Shown here in pieces: positions 9,815 through 20,144 of a stretch of 64,000 nucleotides of DNA; within the stretch, counting starts at the first letter, position 1; every line of letters begins with the position of its first letter. This DNA comes from Gallionella sp. (lineage in GTDB: Bacteria > Pseudomonadota > Gammaproteobacteria > Burkholderiales > Gallionellaceae). Position numbers and translations under genes: made by a program. The stretch lies in contig JAUSNM010000035.1 in the NCBI GenBank assembly GCA_030645535.1, positions 1,002 through 65,001 of the forward strand, written 5' to 3'. The notes beneath the pieces are model-generated. The model searched no databases, had not been told where the DNA came from, and was given only the letters and a program-made list of their open reading frames with translations.

Positions 9815-10122
9815 GCGGCCAAAAAAACATGCTGGATGTCAAGATTCTCGATCGCGAACTGCGGGTAGCCTGCCCGGAAGAAGAGCGCGAAGCACTGCTG
9901 TCCGCGGTCTCCTATCTGGACAGGAAAATGACTGACATTCGCGATGCAGGGAAGATCGCTAATGTCGAGCGTATCGCGATCATGGCCGCACTCAACATCG
10001 CCCATGAATTGCTCTCCACAAAGGTTGGACGCGGGGTTGACCTCGCCGACTTAACGCGTAGAATGAGTTCCATGCAGGCAGCAATAGATCAGGCATTAGC
10101 CGAACAGGAAACGCTGTTTTAG
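9811..10122 (+). CDS. zapA: Cell division protein ZapA
   Basis: LDVKILDRELRVAC...ERIAIMAALNIAHELL. Confidence 0.95.
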   Translation: MSGQKNMLDVKILDRELRVACPEEEREALLSAVSYLDRKMTDIRDAGKIANVERIAIMAALNIAHELLSTKVGRGVDLADLTRRMSSMQAAIDQALAEQETLF

Positions 10123-10149
10123 TAAAGGCCGGCCTCCCGATTTCGAGTT

Positions 10150-10323
10150 GTCCCCTGCGGTGTTCGTCAGACTCATATATTCTTTGAACCAAGTAACTAC
10201 TTAGGTCGCGACTCATACGCCGTTGTTGTGAATGTCCCTTGCGGATGATCCTGATGCGGCAGGGAAGTGACCCTCTTGAACCTTCAGGTTCGAGATGCTG
10301 GGTCAACGGCACAGGCGGGGGAC
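10150..10323 (+). ncRNA. ssrS: 6S RNA
   Basis: About 175 nt, closing stem GTCCCCTGCGGTGTTCG...GGCACAGGCGGGGGAC, CTTGAACC motif; conserved position after zapA. Confidence 0.9.
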
Positions 10324-10331
10324 TTTATTTC

Positions 10332-10360
10332 AGTGCGACCTTCGGGTCGCACTTTCTTTT
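10332..10360 (+). terminator. Rho-independent terminator of 6S RNA
   Basis: AGTGCGACC-TTCG-GGTCGCACT followed by TTCTTTT. Confidence 0.9.
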
Positions 10361-10590
10361 GCGGGGTACGGCCCCGCAGCCGGTGGCTTTCTTTGCTCGG
10401 CCAAAGAAAGCCACTAAAGAAACGCCGCCCCGATCCGCCATCCCGTTGGGATTCCCTGCGTTGCTCGTCTGGTCAGGCGGCTGCGCAACTCGCCCTGGCG
10501 GAGCGCACACCCCGCACCCCGCTGCGGAACTCAAACAGTGCTCGCCGACTTCCCCTGACCATCATGCGCTACTCGGTGACGGATAAGGGG
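10361..10590 (+). repeat. About 230-bp multi-hairpin repeat element, left copy
   Basis: Hairpins GCGGGG..CCCCGC and CTTTCTTTG..CAAAGAAAG; cores GGCTGCGCAACTCG and ACTCAAACAGTGCTCGCC shared with the inverted copy at 12118-12363. Confidence 0.8.
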
Positions 10591-10787
10591 GTGATTGTTG
10601 ATATGCATGGCGCTAGTCACCAAATGAAAATTCACCGTATATCGGTAATTCGAGTCTGACCCTAATTTTTCTTTCAACTCCTTTGGTTTAACAGTTAGCG
10701 TTTCGGAATTATGCACAGTTTTCGTTTTCTCTTTTCGGGGGCAGTCATTTTGTTGAGCACGCGTCTAATTCTGGATCAACGTATTCT

Positions 10788-11858
10788 TTACCCGGCGATC
10801 TCGCGCAACTCGTGCATGAACTGAAGGAAGTACCGCAGTAGCTTGTGATCGTCGTTCGTAATGCCATCAGGATCAAAGTGCATTACGTCGTTTCGAATGC
10901 GCCGAACGTTGTCAAGTTCGCGCACGAAAACCTTTCTATCAACGGTAAGCCCAGCTTTCTCCCAGTTAACCGGATTTTCAAGCAAGCGAATGTATTCACC
11001 GAGAGTGAGGTCGGCAACGCTTTCTATTGTGCGCTCTGGGTCTGCATAGTCCTTTGCCGATGCTAGTTCTTCCGCAGTGAACTTTCCATCAATGACGAGA
11101 CGGACATGGTTCTCGATCTCGGACAGCAACAGAAATGGTTCGGAGAGTTGCTGAAACTGTAAGCTAAGGTCGGACGTTGTGATGATTCCAGTGATCGTTC
11201 TGTCCTCACCGCGCACAAGAACATAAGAATGCTCGATGATATGGGCAATAACTCGAAAGAGTGAATCCGTCGATTGCACCTCATAGTGCGGTTTCATACA
11301 CTCGCGGGCTGTGCTGACCGATTCCTTCTTAAGAGCTAGCCGTGAGCCAATGCTCTCCCAACTAATAATTCCTTTCACATCACGGTCATTGGTCATGACG
11401 GGTAGCTGAGAATAGTCGTGTCGGAGCATTAGCGTGACAGCCTCCCCAAGAAGACAATCTGGCGAAACACTAAGTGGTTTGATGTTCGCTGACTCTAGCC
11501 GACCAACTCGAAACGCAGGATCGGCGGAAGCACCCATAATAAATGGCGGGATATTCTCTTGCTGTATTTCAACTTGTACTGACTGCGCGTCTTCTTGTAT
11601 CGGTTGTCCAGACGCCGCCGACACGTCGGGATGTTCTAGCATTACGAACCGAATTTTTGCGTCAATGTGGACGCCATCGAAGTCCGGCACAGTCACCAGC
11701 TTTGCAAGTTGCAAAGCCTTACGAATGTGCCAAGCAACCATGTACCCGCGGCGTTCAGCATTAAACCAACTGATGAATTGGCGAACTGTCAGCGGCTCGA
11801 CATACTGATTCGAAGAGAGCTTGTTGCAGATTTCATCAAGTCGTTCAGCAACGTTCAT
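10788..11858 (-). CDS. CBS-domain pair fused to a C-terminal HEPN-like (Swt1-type) domain
   Basis: CBS motifs (DYSQLPV..VKGIISWESI; ITGIITTSDL); C-terminal RRIRNDVMH (Rx4H); start reassigned to MNVAERL. Confidence 0.8.
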   Translation of the reverse strand: MNVAERLDEICNKLSSNQYVEPLTVRQFISWFNAERRGYMVAWHIRKALQLAKLVTVPDFDGVHIDAKIRFVMLEHPDVSAASGQPIQEDAQSVQVEIQQENIPPFIMGASADPAFRVGRLESANIKPLSVSPDCLLGEAVTLMLRHDYSQLPVMTNDRDVKGIISWESIGSRLALKKESVSTARECMKPHYEVQSTDSLFRVIAHIIEHSYVLVRGEDRTITGIITTSDLSLQFQQLSEPFLLLSEIENHVRLVIDGKFTAEELASAKDYADPERTIESVADLTLGEYIRLLENPVNWEKAGLTVDRKVFVRELDNVRRIRNDVMHFDPDGITNDDHKLLRYFLQFMHELREIAG

Positions 11859-12117
11859 GGATTGTTTCCTTTGAATATAACGATGTAATGTGATGCACAA
11901 CGAAGTGTATCAACCAAACAACTAAATCTTTTAGCTGTTTGGCGGCTGTTCTGTTATGAATAAAACACGTTTAAAAGCAAACAGTTGCACACTTTTCAAT
12001 CGTGAAACGCACCTTGTACCGCAGTGAGCGGGGCGGATATGCGAGTGCAGCGAACTGTATCACCGCGCTTTAAAAACAAGTAAAAAACTTGAACGATGAA
12101 GCTACTCATGAGTACCG

Positions 12118-12363
12118 CCCTTATCCCCTGTGTGCCGCCGATGATATTCACAAACAAGCGGTGGGGTAAGGCGAGCACTGTCTGAGTCCCGAGCGATGCA
12201 AGCGCGAGGTCGAGTTGCGCAGCCCCGCTGGTTTGTGACTATCGAGGGAACGCCGCCTGCCTGCCGGCAGGCAGGCGGTGCGGCAAACCGGGGTCGCCTT
12301 CTTTTTGGATACTTATTCTTGGCGACTCAAGAAAAAGTATCCAGTCGCCGGGCTGCCCCCGGC
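12118..12363 (-). repeat. About 245-bp multi-hairpin repeat element, right (inverted) copy with a nested CCTGCCTGCCGGCAGGCAGG palindrome
   Basis: Reverse complement contains GGCTGCGCAACTCG (14/14), ACTCAGACAGTGCTCGCC (17/18) and GGATAAGGG in the same order as the left copy. Confidence 0.8.
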
Positions 12364-12437
12364 TTAAAGTAGTTGCGGGGACACACCCCGCCTATCCCTC
12401 TGGCTAACTCAAGTAAAGCGCCGATTTTTTCGATTTT

Positions 12438-12503
12438 GTCGTTCCCGCACCAGCGGGAACCTGATAAATAAAAGCACTGGATTCCGGCCTTCGCCGGAAT
12501 GAC
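12438..12503. repeat. REP/dRS3-like double palindrome
   Basis: GTCGTTCCCGC..GCGGGAAC...TGGATTCCGGCCTTCGCCGGAATGAC. Confidence 0.75.
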
Positions 12504-12557
12504 GGAATTAAATCAAAGCCACAAAATAACCTGCCACCGGCCACTAGCTACAAGCTA

Positions 12558-13823
12558 CTAGCTCCCTGTCACCAGCATCGTCACCGCATAGATCAGCAGC
12601 CCGAACAGTCCGCCGACCAGCGTGCCGTTGATGCGGATGTACTGAAGATCACGGCCCAGATAAAGCTCCAGCTTATCGACCATATATTTGTCATCCCAGT
12701 TGGCAAACTCCTCGCGGATCAAATCACCGACCATACCCTTGTTGGCATTGGCAGCCTGAATCAGTGCGGCTTGAATTTGCTCGTTGATCCACGAGCGGAT
12801 GTCCTCATTGGTGGCCAAGTGCTGCTCCAACTCGCCAACCAGAATTGTAATCTTGCCTGCGATCACCGAATCGTGATGCGACAGATCCAGCACCACCCAA
12901 TCGCGCAACTGGCCCCACAAGGATTCGATCTGGTGACCGAACTCGGGATGATTGAGCCATGTATTCTTCTGGCGGGTCACCCATTCCTGCAATTCGGGAT
13001 CCTGTTGCAGGCGCGATATGTAGTTACGCACCTGTTCATCGAATTCCAGATACAGGCCGTTGGTTTCGTCCTCTGCCGCAGCACGCAGCTTGTTGACGAC
13101 TGCCGTGCGTATCGTCGGCACGAATGGCTCGATCATGCTTTGCACAAAGGAGTTATCGCTCCAACCTTTGATGAAGGCCGAAATTTTATCCGTGTTATCC
13201 GGGCTTTCCACATAATCGGCGAAGCGGTTCAGTCCGCCATGCAATATTTTGCGGTGGCTGTGATTACGGGTGACCAGTTCAAGTCCGTTTGCCATCAATC
13301 CGGACAAGTCGATGCTTTGCAGTTTGTTGCGTGCGGCCTCGGCAATGAAGTCGTGGATACGCCTGTCATCCAGCGCTTTCATGCTGTAGGCGACGGCTTT
13401 GTTCAGATAGCCCGCAACCTTGACCCGATTCGCGGGCAGAACCAGCCATTGCGACAGATGGCGTGCAGCATCGTAGCGTTTGAGCCGTTGCCCGATGACT
13501 TCTGCGCTCAAAAATTGTCCCACCACGAAATCGGCCAGGCTGTTTGCGATACTGCGCTTGTTCCGGGTAACGATGGCGGTGTGCGGAATCGGGATACCCA
13601 AGGGGTGACGAAACAGCGCCACCACCGCGAACCAGTCCGCCAGCGCACCTATCATCGCCGCTTCCGCAAAGGCCGCCAGATAACCCCACGCAAACGCCTT
13701 GCCCGCGATATACAGGCCGCCGGCCGCCCCCAACAAACCGGCTGCAATCCACTTCATTTTGGCAAGTTCGCGTTGTCTGAGGGTGTTTTCTGCCTGAATG
13801 GCAAGCGCTGCAATGTCGGTCAT
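12558..13823 (-). CDS. DUF445 family membrane protein (YjiN-like)
   Basis: EAAMIGALADWFAVVALFRHPLG.PIPHTAI and GRDLQYIRINGTLVGG. Confidence 0.92.
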   Translation of the reverse strand: MTDIAALAIQAENTLRQRELAKMKWIAAGLLGAAGGLYIAGKAFAWGYLAAFAEAAMIGALADWFAVVALFRHPLGIPIPHTAIVTRNKRSIANSLADFVVGQFLSAEVIGQRLKRYDAARHLSQWLVLPANRVKVAGYLNKAVAYSMKALDDRRIHDFIAEAARNKLQSIDLSGLMANGLELVTRNHSHRKILHGGLNRFADYVESPDNTDKISAFIKGWSDNSFVQSMIEPFVPTIRTAVVNKLRAAAEDETNGLYLEFDEQVRNYISRLQQDPELQEWVTRQKNTWLNHPEFGHQIESLWGQLRDWVVLDLSHHDSVIAGKITILVGELEQHLATNEDIRSWINEQIQAALIQAANANKGMVGDLIREEFANWDDKYMVDKLELYLGRDLQYIRINGTLVGGLFGLLIYAVTMLVTGS

Positions 13824-14032
13824 GGTTTATTCTCGTCTTAATGTTGGCGGGGGGAACATCTTCTTGCCCGCGAAGCGTATCGCAACTTCCCGTCTCACGC
13901 CATTGAAAGTAGAATCAATTTACGATGTTCGAGTACCATTAGTGCCTTGTGAAATTTCCATGACTCTTTAAATCAGCAACAACCTGATTTAAGAAGATTA
14001 TTTTAAATTCGATATATCGTACTGGATACACT

Positions 14033-14497
<465 letters not shown>

Positions 14498-14595
14498 TGG
14501 AATGGATGACGGCCTGCTTGTTGCCGGTGGCGACCGCTGGCCTGCCGGGCGCAGGCTGCGGCACGCCAGCCAGTTATTGTTCAAGGTGAGCCTGA

Positions 14596-16572
14596 ATGGT
14601 TGCCATCCTTAGCGCTCAGAACTTCGCAGATACGCCATCCTGGCTTGCCGCCTTGACGACCGATTTCACGGCACCCCAGATCGACGTGATAAGCCGCGCC
14701 TGCGAACTTGCGGAACCGCTCTATGCCGGCCAAGCCGAACTGACCGGCACACCGCTGATGCAGCACGCGCTGGGCGCGGCGGCCATCCTGATCGGCATGA
14801 ACATGGATTTTGAAACCATTGCCGCCACCATCCTGCATGCGGTTCCCGAATATCTTGGCGACTGGAACGAGGTCATCGAGTCGGATTTCGGCACAAACAT
14901 CAAGAGTCTGGTTGAGGGCATTTCGCGCCTCGAGCAAATCCGGCAATTTCGCGAGATACGCAGCCTGAACAAGACTGCTGAAGACACCCAACAGATCGAC
15001 GTGCTGCGCAAGATGTTGCTGGCGATGGTGAGCGACATCCGCGTCGTGCTGATCAAGCTGGCAGAGCGCACCCAGACCCTGCGCTGCCTGTCGGGAGCCA
15101 GCCCGGATCATCAAAAGCTGATCGCACAGGAGACACAAAGCCTGTTCGCCCCTCTGGCTAACCGTCTCGGTGTGTGGCAAATAAAATGGGAACTGGAAGA
15201 CTTATCCGTACGCTATCTGGATCCTGAGCTGTACAAGAAAGTTGCAAAGTTACTGGATGAACGCCGTGTCGATCGCGAACGCTATATCGATGATGTAGTA
15301 CAGCAGTTGAAACAGGCACTGGCCGAGGCCGGAATACCTGCCGACGTGACTGGCCGCCCAAAACACATCTACAGCATCATCAACAAGATGAAGCGCAAGC
15401 ATCTGGAATTTAGCGAACTATACGACGTGCGCGCGGTGCGGATTCTGGTGGGCGACATACAAAATTGTTATACGACCCTGGGTCTGGTGCATCAGCTATG
15501 GCAGCCGATTGCCAGCGAATACGACGACTATATCGCACTCCCCAAGAGCAACAACTACCGTTCGCTGCATACCGCTGTCACAGGGCCGCGCGGCCAGGCC
15601 TTTGAGGTGCAAATCCGCACCCGTGAGATGCACCAGCATTCGGAACTGGGCGTCGCTGCCCACTGGCGCTACAAGGAAGGCGGAAAGACCGACGCCAAAC
15701 TCGATCAGAAAATCGTCTGGCTGCGCCAGATACTGGAATGGAAAGATGACCTCACAGACCGTGGCGACCTGCAGGAGCAATTCAGGGACGAAAACCATTT
15801 GTCCGGGCACCCGAATGACCTGTTCCACGACCAGGTGTATGTGCTCACGCCGCAAGGAAAGGTAATTGATTTACCAAAAGGGGCTACACCGGTTGATTTC
15901 GCCTACATGCTGCATACCGATCTGGGGCACCGCACGCGCGGCGCAAAAGTGAATGGTGCCATCGTTCCGCTCAATTACAAGTTACAGAACGGGCAACGTG
16001 TGGAAATTCTCACCACCAAACTGGGTGCGCCCAGCCGTGACTGGCTCAATCCCTCCCTGGGTTTCTTGCAAGGCGCGCGTGCACGGGCCAAGGTGCGCGC
16101 CTGGTTCAAAAACCAGAACCATGATGAAAGCGTGGCTCAGGGCAGAATCCAACTGGATCGCGAATTGCACCGACACGGCGTGACCTCGGTCAATCAGGAA
16201 AAACTCGCGCAAAGATTGCACTACAACAAACTGGATGATTTGCTGGCGGCCATCGGACGCAACGAAATAACCCAGCGACGCATCGCAGTCGCCCTCCAGG
16301 CGGAGCTGCCAAACAAGGTGATCGCTATCGCCAAGCCTGTATTCAGGCCAGCGGCAGAACACAGATCCCCAACCGGCATCCTGATCGAAGGCGTGGGCAA
16401 CCTGATGACCAGGTCAGCCAAATGCTGCAATCCCGCACCGCCGGATGTAATCGTCGCCTATGTCACTCGTGACCGTGGGATCACCATTCATCGACAGGAC
16501 TGTGCATTCGCGCTGCGACTGACAGCCAACAGTCGCGATCGCCTGCTCAGTGCCCGGTGGAGCGAAAAATAA
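14596..16572 (+). CDS. relA: GTP pyrophosphokinase RelA (degenerate HD, SYNTH, TGS, ZFD; no ACT domain)
   Basis: ILHAV in place of the HD motif, GRPKHIYSI, YRSLHT, EVQIRT, TGS (TPVDFAY) and CCNPAPPD. Confidence 0.92.
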   Translation: MVAILSAQNFADTPSWLAALTTDFTAPQIDVISRACELAEPLYAGQAELTGTPLMQHALGAAAILIGMNMDFETIAATILHAVPEYLGDWNEVIESDFGTNIKSLVEGISRLEQIRQFREIRSLNKTAEDTQQIDVLRKMLLAMVSDIRVVLIKLAERTQTLRCLSGASPDHQKLIAQETQSLFAPLANRLGVWQIKWELEDLSVRYLDPELYKKVAKLLDERRVDRERYIDDVVQQLKQALAEAGIPADVTGRPKHIYSIINKMKRKHLEFSELYDVRAVRILVGDIQNCYTTLGLVHQLWQPIASEYDDYIALPKSNNYRSLHTAVTGPRGQAFEVQIRTREMHQHSELGVAAHWRYKEGGKTDAKLDQKIVWLRQILEWKDDLTDRGDLQEQFRDENHLSGHPNDLFHDQVYVLTPQGKVIDLPKGATPVDFAYMLHTDLGHRTRGAKVNGAIVPLNYKLQNGQRVEILTTKLGAPSRDWLNPSLGFLQGARARAKVRAWFKNQNHDESVAQGRIQLDRELHRHGVTSVNQEKLAQRLHYNKLDDLLAAIGRNEITQRRIAVALQAELPNKVIAIAKPVFRPAAEHRSPTGILIEGVGNLMTRSAKCCNPAPPDVIVAYVTRDRGITIHRQDCAFALRLTANSRDRLLSARWSEK

Positions 16573-16708
16573 ACACGTGAAGTCTGAAGGGTAAAAAGTG
16601 TATGTAAGAACGCAATATTCAATATAATCGCGAACTGTCGACCGCCCTGACCCAGTCAGCGTAGATGCGCCTACAGAAGCGACTACTCAATCATAAATCA
16701 GGAATGCC

Positions 16709-19327
16709 TTGAATAACAAAACCGCAGCACTGCAAACACAACAGATGTACGCAGCAAGCAATACGTCTCTTATTACCGGCTTGATACTCGCTGCGATACT
16801 GGCCTTCATACAGCGCGATGTGATTGCACCCACTGTGGTTCTTGGCTGGTTTTCCCTGATTGTGTTGATCACGCTTTCCCGGGCGGCGCTTGTGGTGGCT
16901 TATCAGCGTGCAACGGACACTTCCGACTTTCATACCTGGCTGATGAGGTTCCGTATCGGCGTGCTGGCTTCCGGCCTGGCATGGGGTTCAAGCTGTTTTC
17001 TGCTGTTTCCGGACCAGCCGCAGTATCAGATGTTTCTGATTTTTATGCTGGTCGGACTGACGGCTGGCGGCGTGATTTCCTATTCAGCAGATTTTTTCAG
17101 CGCTTGCGCCTACTCAGCCTCCTTGCTCGTGCCGCTTGCAACTCACCTGTTTATCGCCGGGGACAGCCTGTCTGTCGCCATGTCCATGGCGGCCATGTTA
17201 TATCTGGGCTTCATGATCATCAGCCTGCGCCATATCAACAAAAACATCTGCGAGAACATCGCGTTGCGTCTCGAAGCCGTCTCGCGCGAACAAACGGTAC
17301 GCTCAAGCGAGGAACGCTACCGTTTGTTGCTGAGTCATTCGCCCGTCGGCATTTTTCATTACGACACCAACCTCGTCATCACCTACTGCAATGACAGCTT
17401 CGCCGAGCTTCTGCATAATTCGATTGAACGCATCGTCGGCCTGGATATGAAACTGCTCAAGGATCAGACAATTCTGCCGGCTTTAAGAAAGCCTATGGAG
17501 GGTGAGACCGGCTATTACGAGGGTCATTACAATGCCACCTTCAGCGATGCCCGCGAATGGATAGCCATGACTGCGGCCCCCTCACGAGATGATAAGGGCC
17601 GGATCGTGGGAGGTATTGCCATCGCTCAGAACATCACCCAGCGACGTCATTCCGAAGATGAGCTTCGTATCGCTGCCATCGCTTTTGAATCACAGGAAGG
17701 CATGTTGATCACCGATGCCAATGGCGCCATCCTCCGGGTAAACAGCGCCTTCACCAGCATCACCGGCTACACCGATGAAGAGATTATCGGCCGCAACCCG
17801 AGCCTGCTCAGTTCCGGTCGTCAGTCTGCAGCTTTTTACACTGCAATGTGGCAACACATCCTCAGCACGGGCAGCTGGGAGGGTGAAATCTGGAACAGGC
17901 GCAAAAATGGCGAAATATACCCGGAGTATCTCGCCATCACGGCGGTGAAAGACACCAGTGGCATCGTTACGAATTACGTGTCCACCTTCAACGACATCAC
18001 TGCCAGCCAGGCCGCAGCCGATGAAATCAAGCATCTGGCGTTTTACGACCCGCTGACTGGCCTGCCCAACCGGCGACTGCTGATGGACAGACTCAACCAG
18101 GCACTGGCTTTCGGCGCCCGCAATGACAGGCAAGGCGCATTGCTGTTCATAGACCTTGATAATTTCAAGACCCTGAACGACACACTGGGTCATGACATCG
18201 GTGATTTGCTGCTGCAGAAGGTCGCGACACGGCTGACGGCCTGCGTGCGAGAAGGCGACACCGTTGCGCGTCTGGGCGGGGACGAATTCGTTGTCATGCT
18301 GGAAGACCTGAGCGAGCAGGCGCAAAATGCGGCGGCGCAGATCGAGACTATCGGCGAAAAGATTCTTGCCGCACTCAACCAACCTTGCCAGCTCGCCACA
18401 CACGAATATCACAACTCCGCAAGTATCGGCGCCACCCTGTTCAATGGCCACCAGAAGTCGACGGATGAATTGATGAAACAGGCCGACATTGCCATGTATC
18501 AATCCAAGAAGGCCGGTCGCAATACCCTGCGCTTTTTCGATCCAAAAATGCAGGACGCCATCAATTCCCGCGTAACGCTCGAGGGCCAATTGCACAAAGC
18601 ACTTGATTGCCGGCAATTCGAGTTGTATTACCAGGTTCAAATGGACAGCACCCGCCGTCCGGTGGGTGCGGAGGCTTTGATCCGCTGGATACATCCGGAA
18701 CATGGCATGGTGTCACCCGCAGAATTCATTCCCCTTGCAGAGGAAACCGGGGTCATCCTGCCTATCGGGAAATGGGTGTTGGAGACTGCTTGTGCCCAGC
18801 TCAAGACATGGGGGACGAATGCACTGACACGCGATTTCGTTCTGGCCGTGAATGTCAGCGCCAGGCAATTTCGCCAGGCTGATTTCGTGGCTCAAGTACA
18901 AGCGGTCGTGCAACGCCACGGCATCAACCCGAAGCTGCTCAAGCTTGAACTGACCGAAAGCCTGTTGCTGGAAAACATAGAAGACACCATTGTAACGATG
19001 AACACCCTGAAAGAATTCGGCGTCCAGTTCTCACTGGACGACTTTGGCACCGGCTATTCATCCTTGCAGTATCTCAAACGTCTGCCGCTCGATCAGCTCA
19101 AGATTGACAAGTCATTCATCAGCGATATTGCCACCGATAGCAGCGATAAGGCCATCGTGCGAACCATCATTTCGATGGCACACAGCCTGGGGCTGGATGT
19201 CATTGCTGAAGGGGTGGAGACCGAAGAGCAGTTACTGCTCCTGCTTAGTAAAGAATGTACGCACAACCAGGGGTATCTGTTCGGCAAGCCGGTACCCATT
19301 GAGCAGTTCGAGGCATTGCTGCATTGA
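16709..19327 (+). CDS. Membrane-bound PAS-PAS-GGDEF-EAL c-di-GMP enzyme
   Basis: N-terminal TM helices, two PAS domains, RLGGDEF, EALIRW, DDFGTGYSS and EGVET. Confidence 0.93.
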   Translation: MNNKTAALQTQQMYAASNTSLITGLILAAILAFIQRDVIAPTVVLGWFSLIVLITLSRAALVVAYQRATDTSDFHTWLMRFRIGVLASGLAWGSSCFLLFPDQPQYQMFLIFMLVGLTAGGVISYSADFFSACAYSASLLVPLATHLFIAGDSLSVAMSMAAMLYLGFMIISLRHINKNICENIALRLEAVSREQTVRSSEERYRLLLSHSPVGIFHYDTNLVITYCNDSFAELLHNSIERIVGLDMKLLKDQTILPALRKPMEGETGYYEGHYNATFSDAREWIAMTAAPSRDDKGRIVGGIAIAQNITQRRHSEDELRIAAIAFESQEGMLITDANGAILRVNSAFTSITGYTDEEIIGRNPSLLSSGRQSAAFYTAMWQHILSTGSWEGEIWNRRKNGEIYPEYLAITAVKDTSGIVTNYVSTFNDITASQAAADEIKHLAFYDPLTGLPNRRLLMDRLNQALAFGARNDRQGALLFIDLDNFKTLNDTLGHDIGDLLLQKVATRLTACVREGDTVARLGGDEFVVMLEDLSEQAQNAAAQIETIGEKILAALNQPCQLATHEYHNSASIGATLFNGHQKSTDELMKQADIAMYQSKKAGRNTLRFFDPKMQDAINSRVTLEGQLHKALDCRQFELYYQVQMDSTRRPVGAEALIRWIHPEHGMVSPAEFIPLAEETGVILPIGKWVLETACAQLKTWGTNALTRDFVLAVNVSARQFRQADFVAQVQAVVQRHGINPKLLKLELTESLLLENIEDTIVTMNTLKEFGVQFSLDDFGTGYSSLQYLKRLPLDQLKIDKSFISDIATDSSDKAIVRTIISMAHSLGLDVIAEGVETEEQLLLLLSKECTHNQGYLFGKPVPIEQFEALLH

Positions 19328-19400
19328 TCCCTGTCTATCACCCATACAGGCGCGCGGCACGGCGGCCCCGCAGTTCGTGCGCCTGACTCGCTATCTGCGC

Positions 19401-20144
19401 CTATCTTTTAACGACGACGCCGTTTTCGATTCTAACCTTGTCACCGCGTCCTACACCAGGAACGGCAGCCTGATTGAAAGTACGTTCCTCACCCGTATTC
19501 ATTTTTACTGCGATATCGTAACTCCGGGTCTTTTTTGCGATTTTCTCGACCTTGTTGCCGGCAAATGCACCGCCAACCGCGCCGGCAATTGTCGCCAGAT
19601 CGCGCCCTGAGCCGGCGCCAACCTGATTACCCAGCACACCGCCCAGAACACCTCCGGCAACCACCCCCAAGCCTGATCCTTCGCCTTCGGCATCAACCTC
19701 ATTGACGGATAGCACTACCCCACAATGAGGACAAACGCTTACATTCCCGGAAGTTTGATTTGACGAATATTCGTGAGACCTGGCGGCATTCGCACGTTGC
19801 TCCGCAAGGCGCTTCGCTTTTGCTGCCGTCGCACGTTGTTCCGCTGCGAAGTCTTTTTTCGCATTGGCAACAGCTTGTGCAATGGCTGCATCCTGTTTGA
19901 TTTTTTCTTCGGCCTGAGCGGCGGCGATTGCATCTTGCTTGTCTTTTGCAGACGCTTGTTCAGCAATCATTTCCTTTTTGGCTTCTGCGACTGCCTGGTC
20001 AACCAATACCTTGGTTTGTGCTGCGTTATCCTCTGCAGATGGCTTAGGTGAGCAGGCCGTGACAACACTGATTACTGCCAGTGCCATCAGGGTAGTGGCG
20101 ATAACGGCGATGACAGACTTGGGTTGTGATGAGTGCGGATTCAA
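19401..20144 (-). CDS. Glycine-zipper 2TM lipoprotein
   Basis: Lipobox-like VTAC, Ala/Lys-rich coiled coil, CPHC and GVVAGGVLGGVLGNQVG; TTG start with AAGGAG RBS. Confidence 0.85.
   Translation of the reverse strand: MNPHSSQPKSVIAVIATTLMALAVISVVTACSPKPSAEDNAAQTKVLVDQAVAEAKKEMIAEQASAKDKQDAIAAAQAEEKIKQDAAIAQAVANAKKDFAAEQRATAAKAKRLAEQRANAARSHEYSSNQTSGNVSVCPHCGVVLSVNEVDAEGEGSGLGVVAGGVLGGVLGNQVGAGSGRDLATIAGAVGGAFAGNKVEKIAKKTRSYDIAVKMNTGEERTFNQAAVPGVGRGDKVRIENGVVVKR

Noticed and set aside
16628-19400. Weak inverted similarity (CGAACTG..CCGCC.TG) flanking the membrane GGDEF-EAL gene
   Set aside because: Too short and gapped to distinguish from chance.
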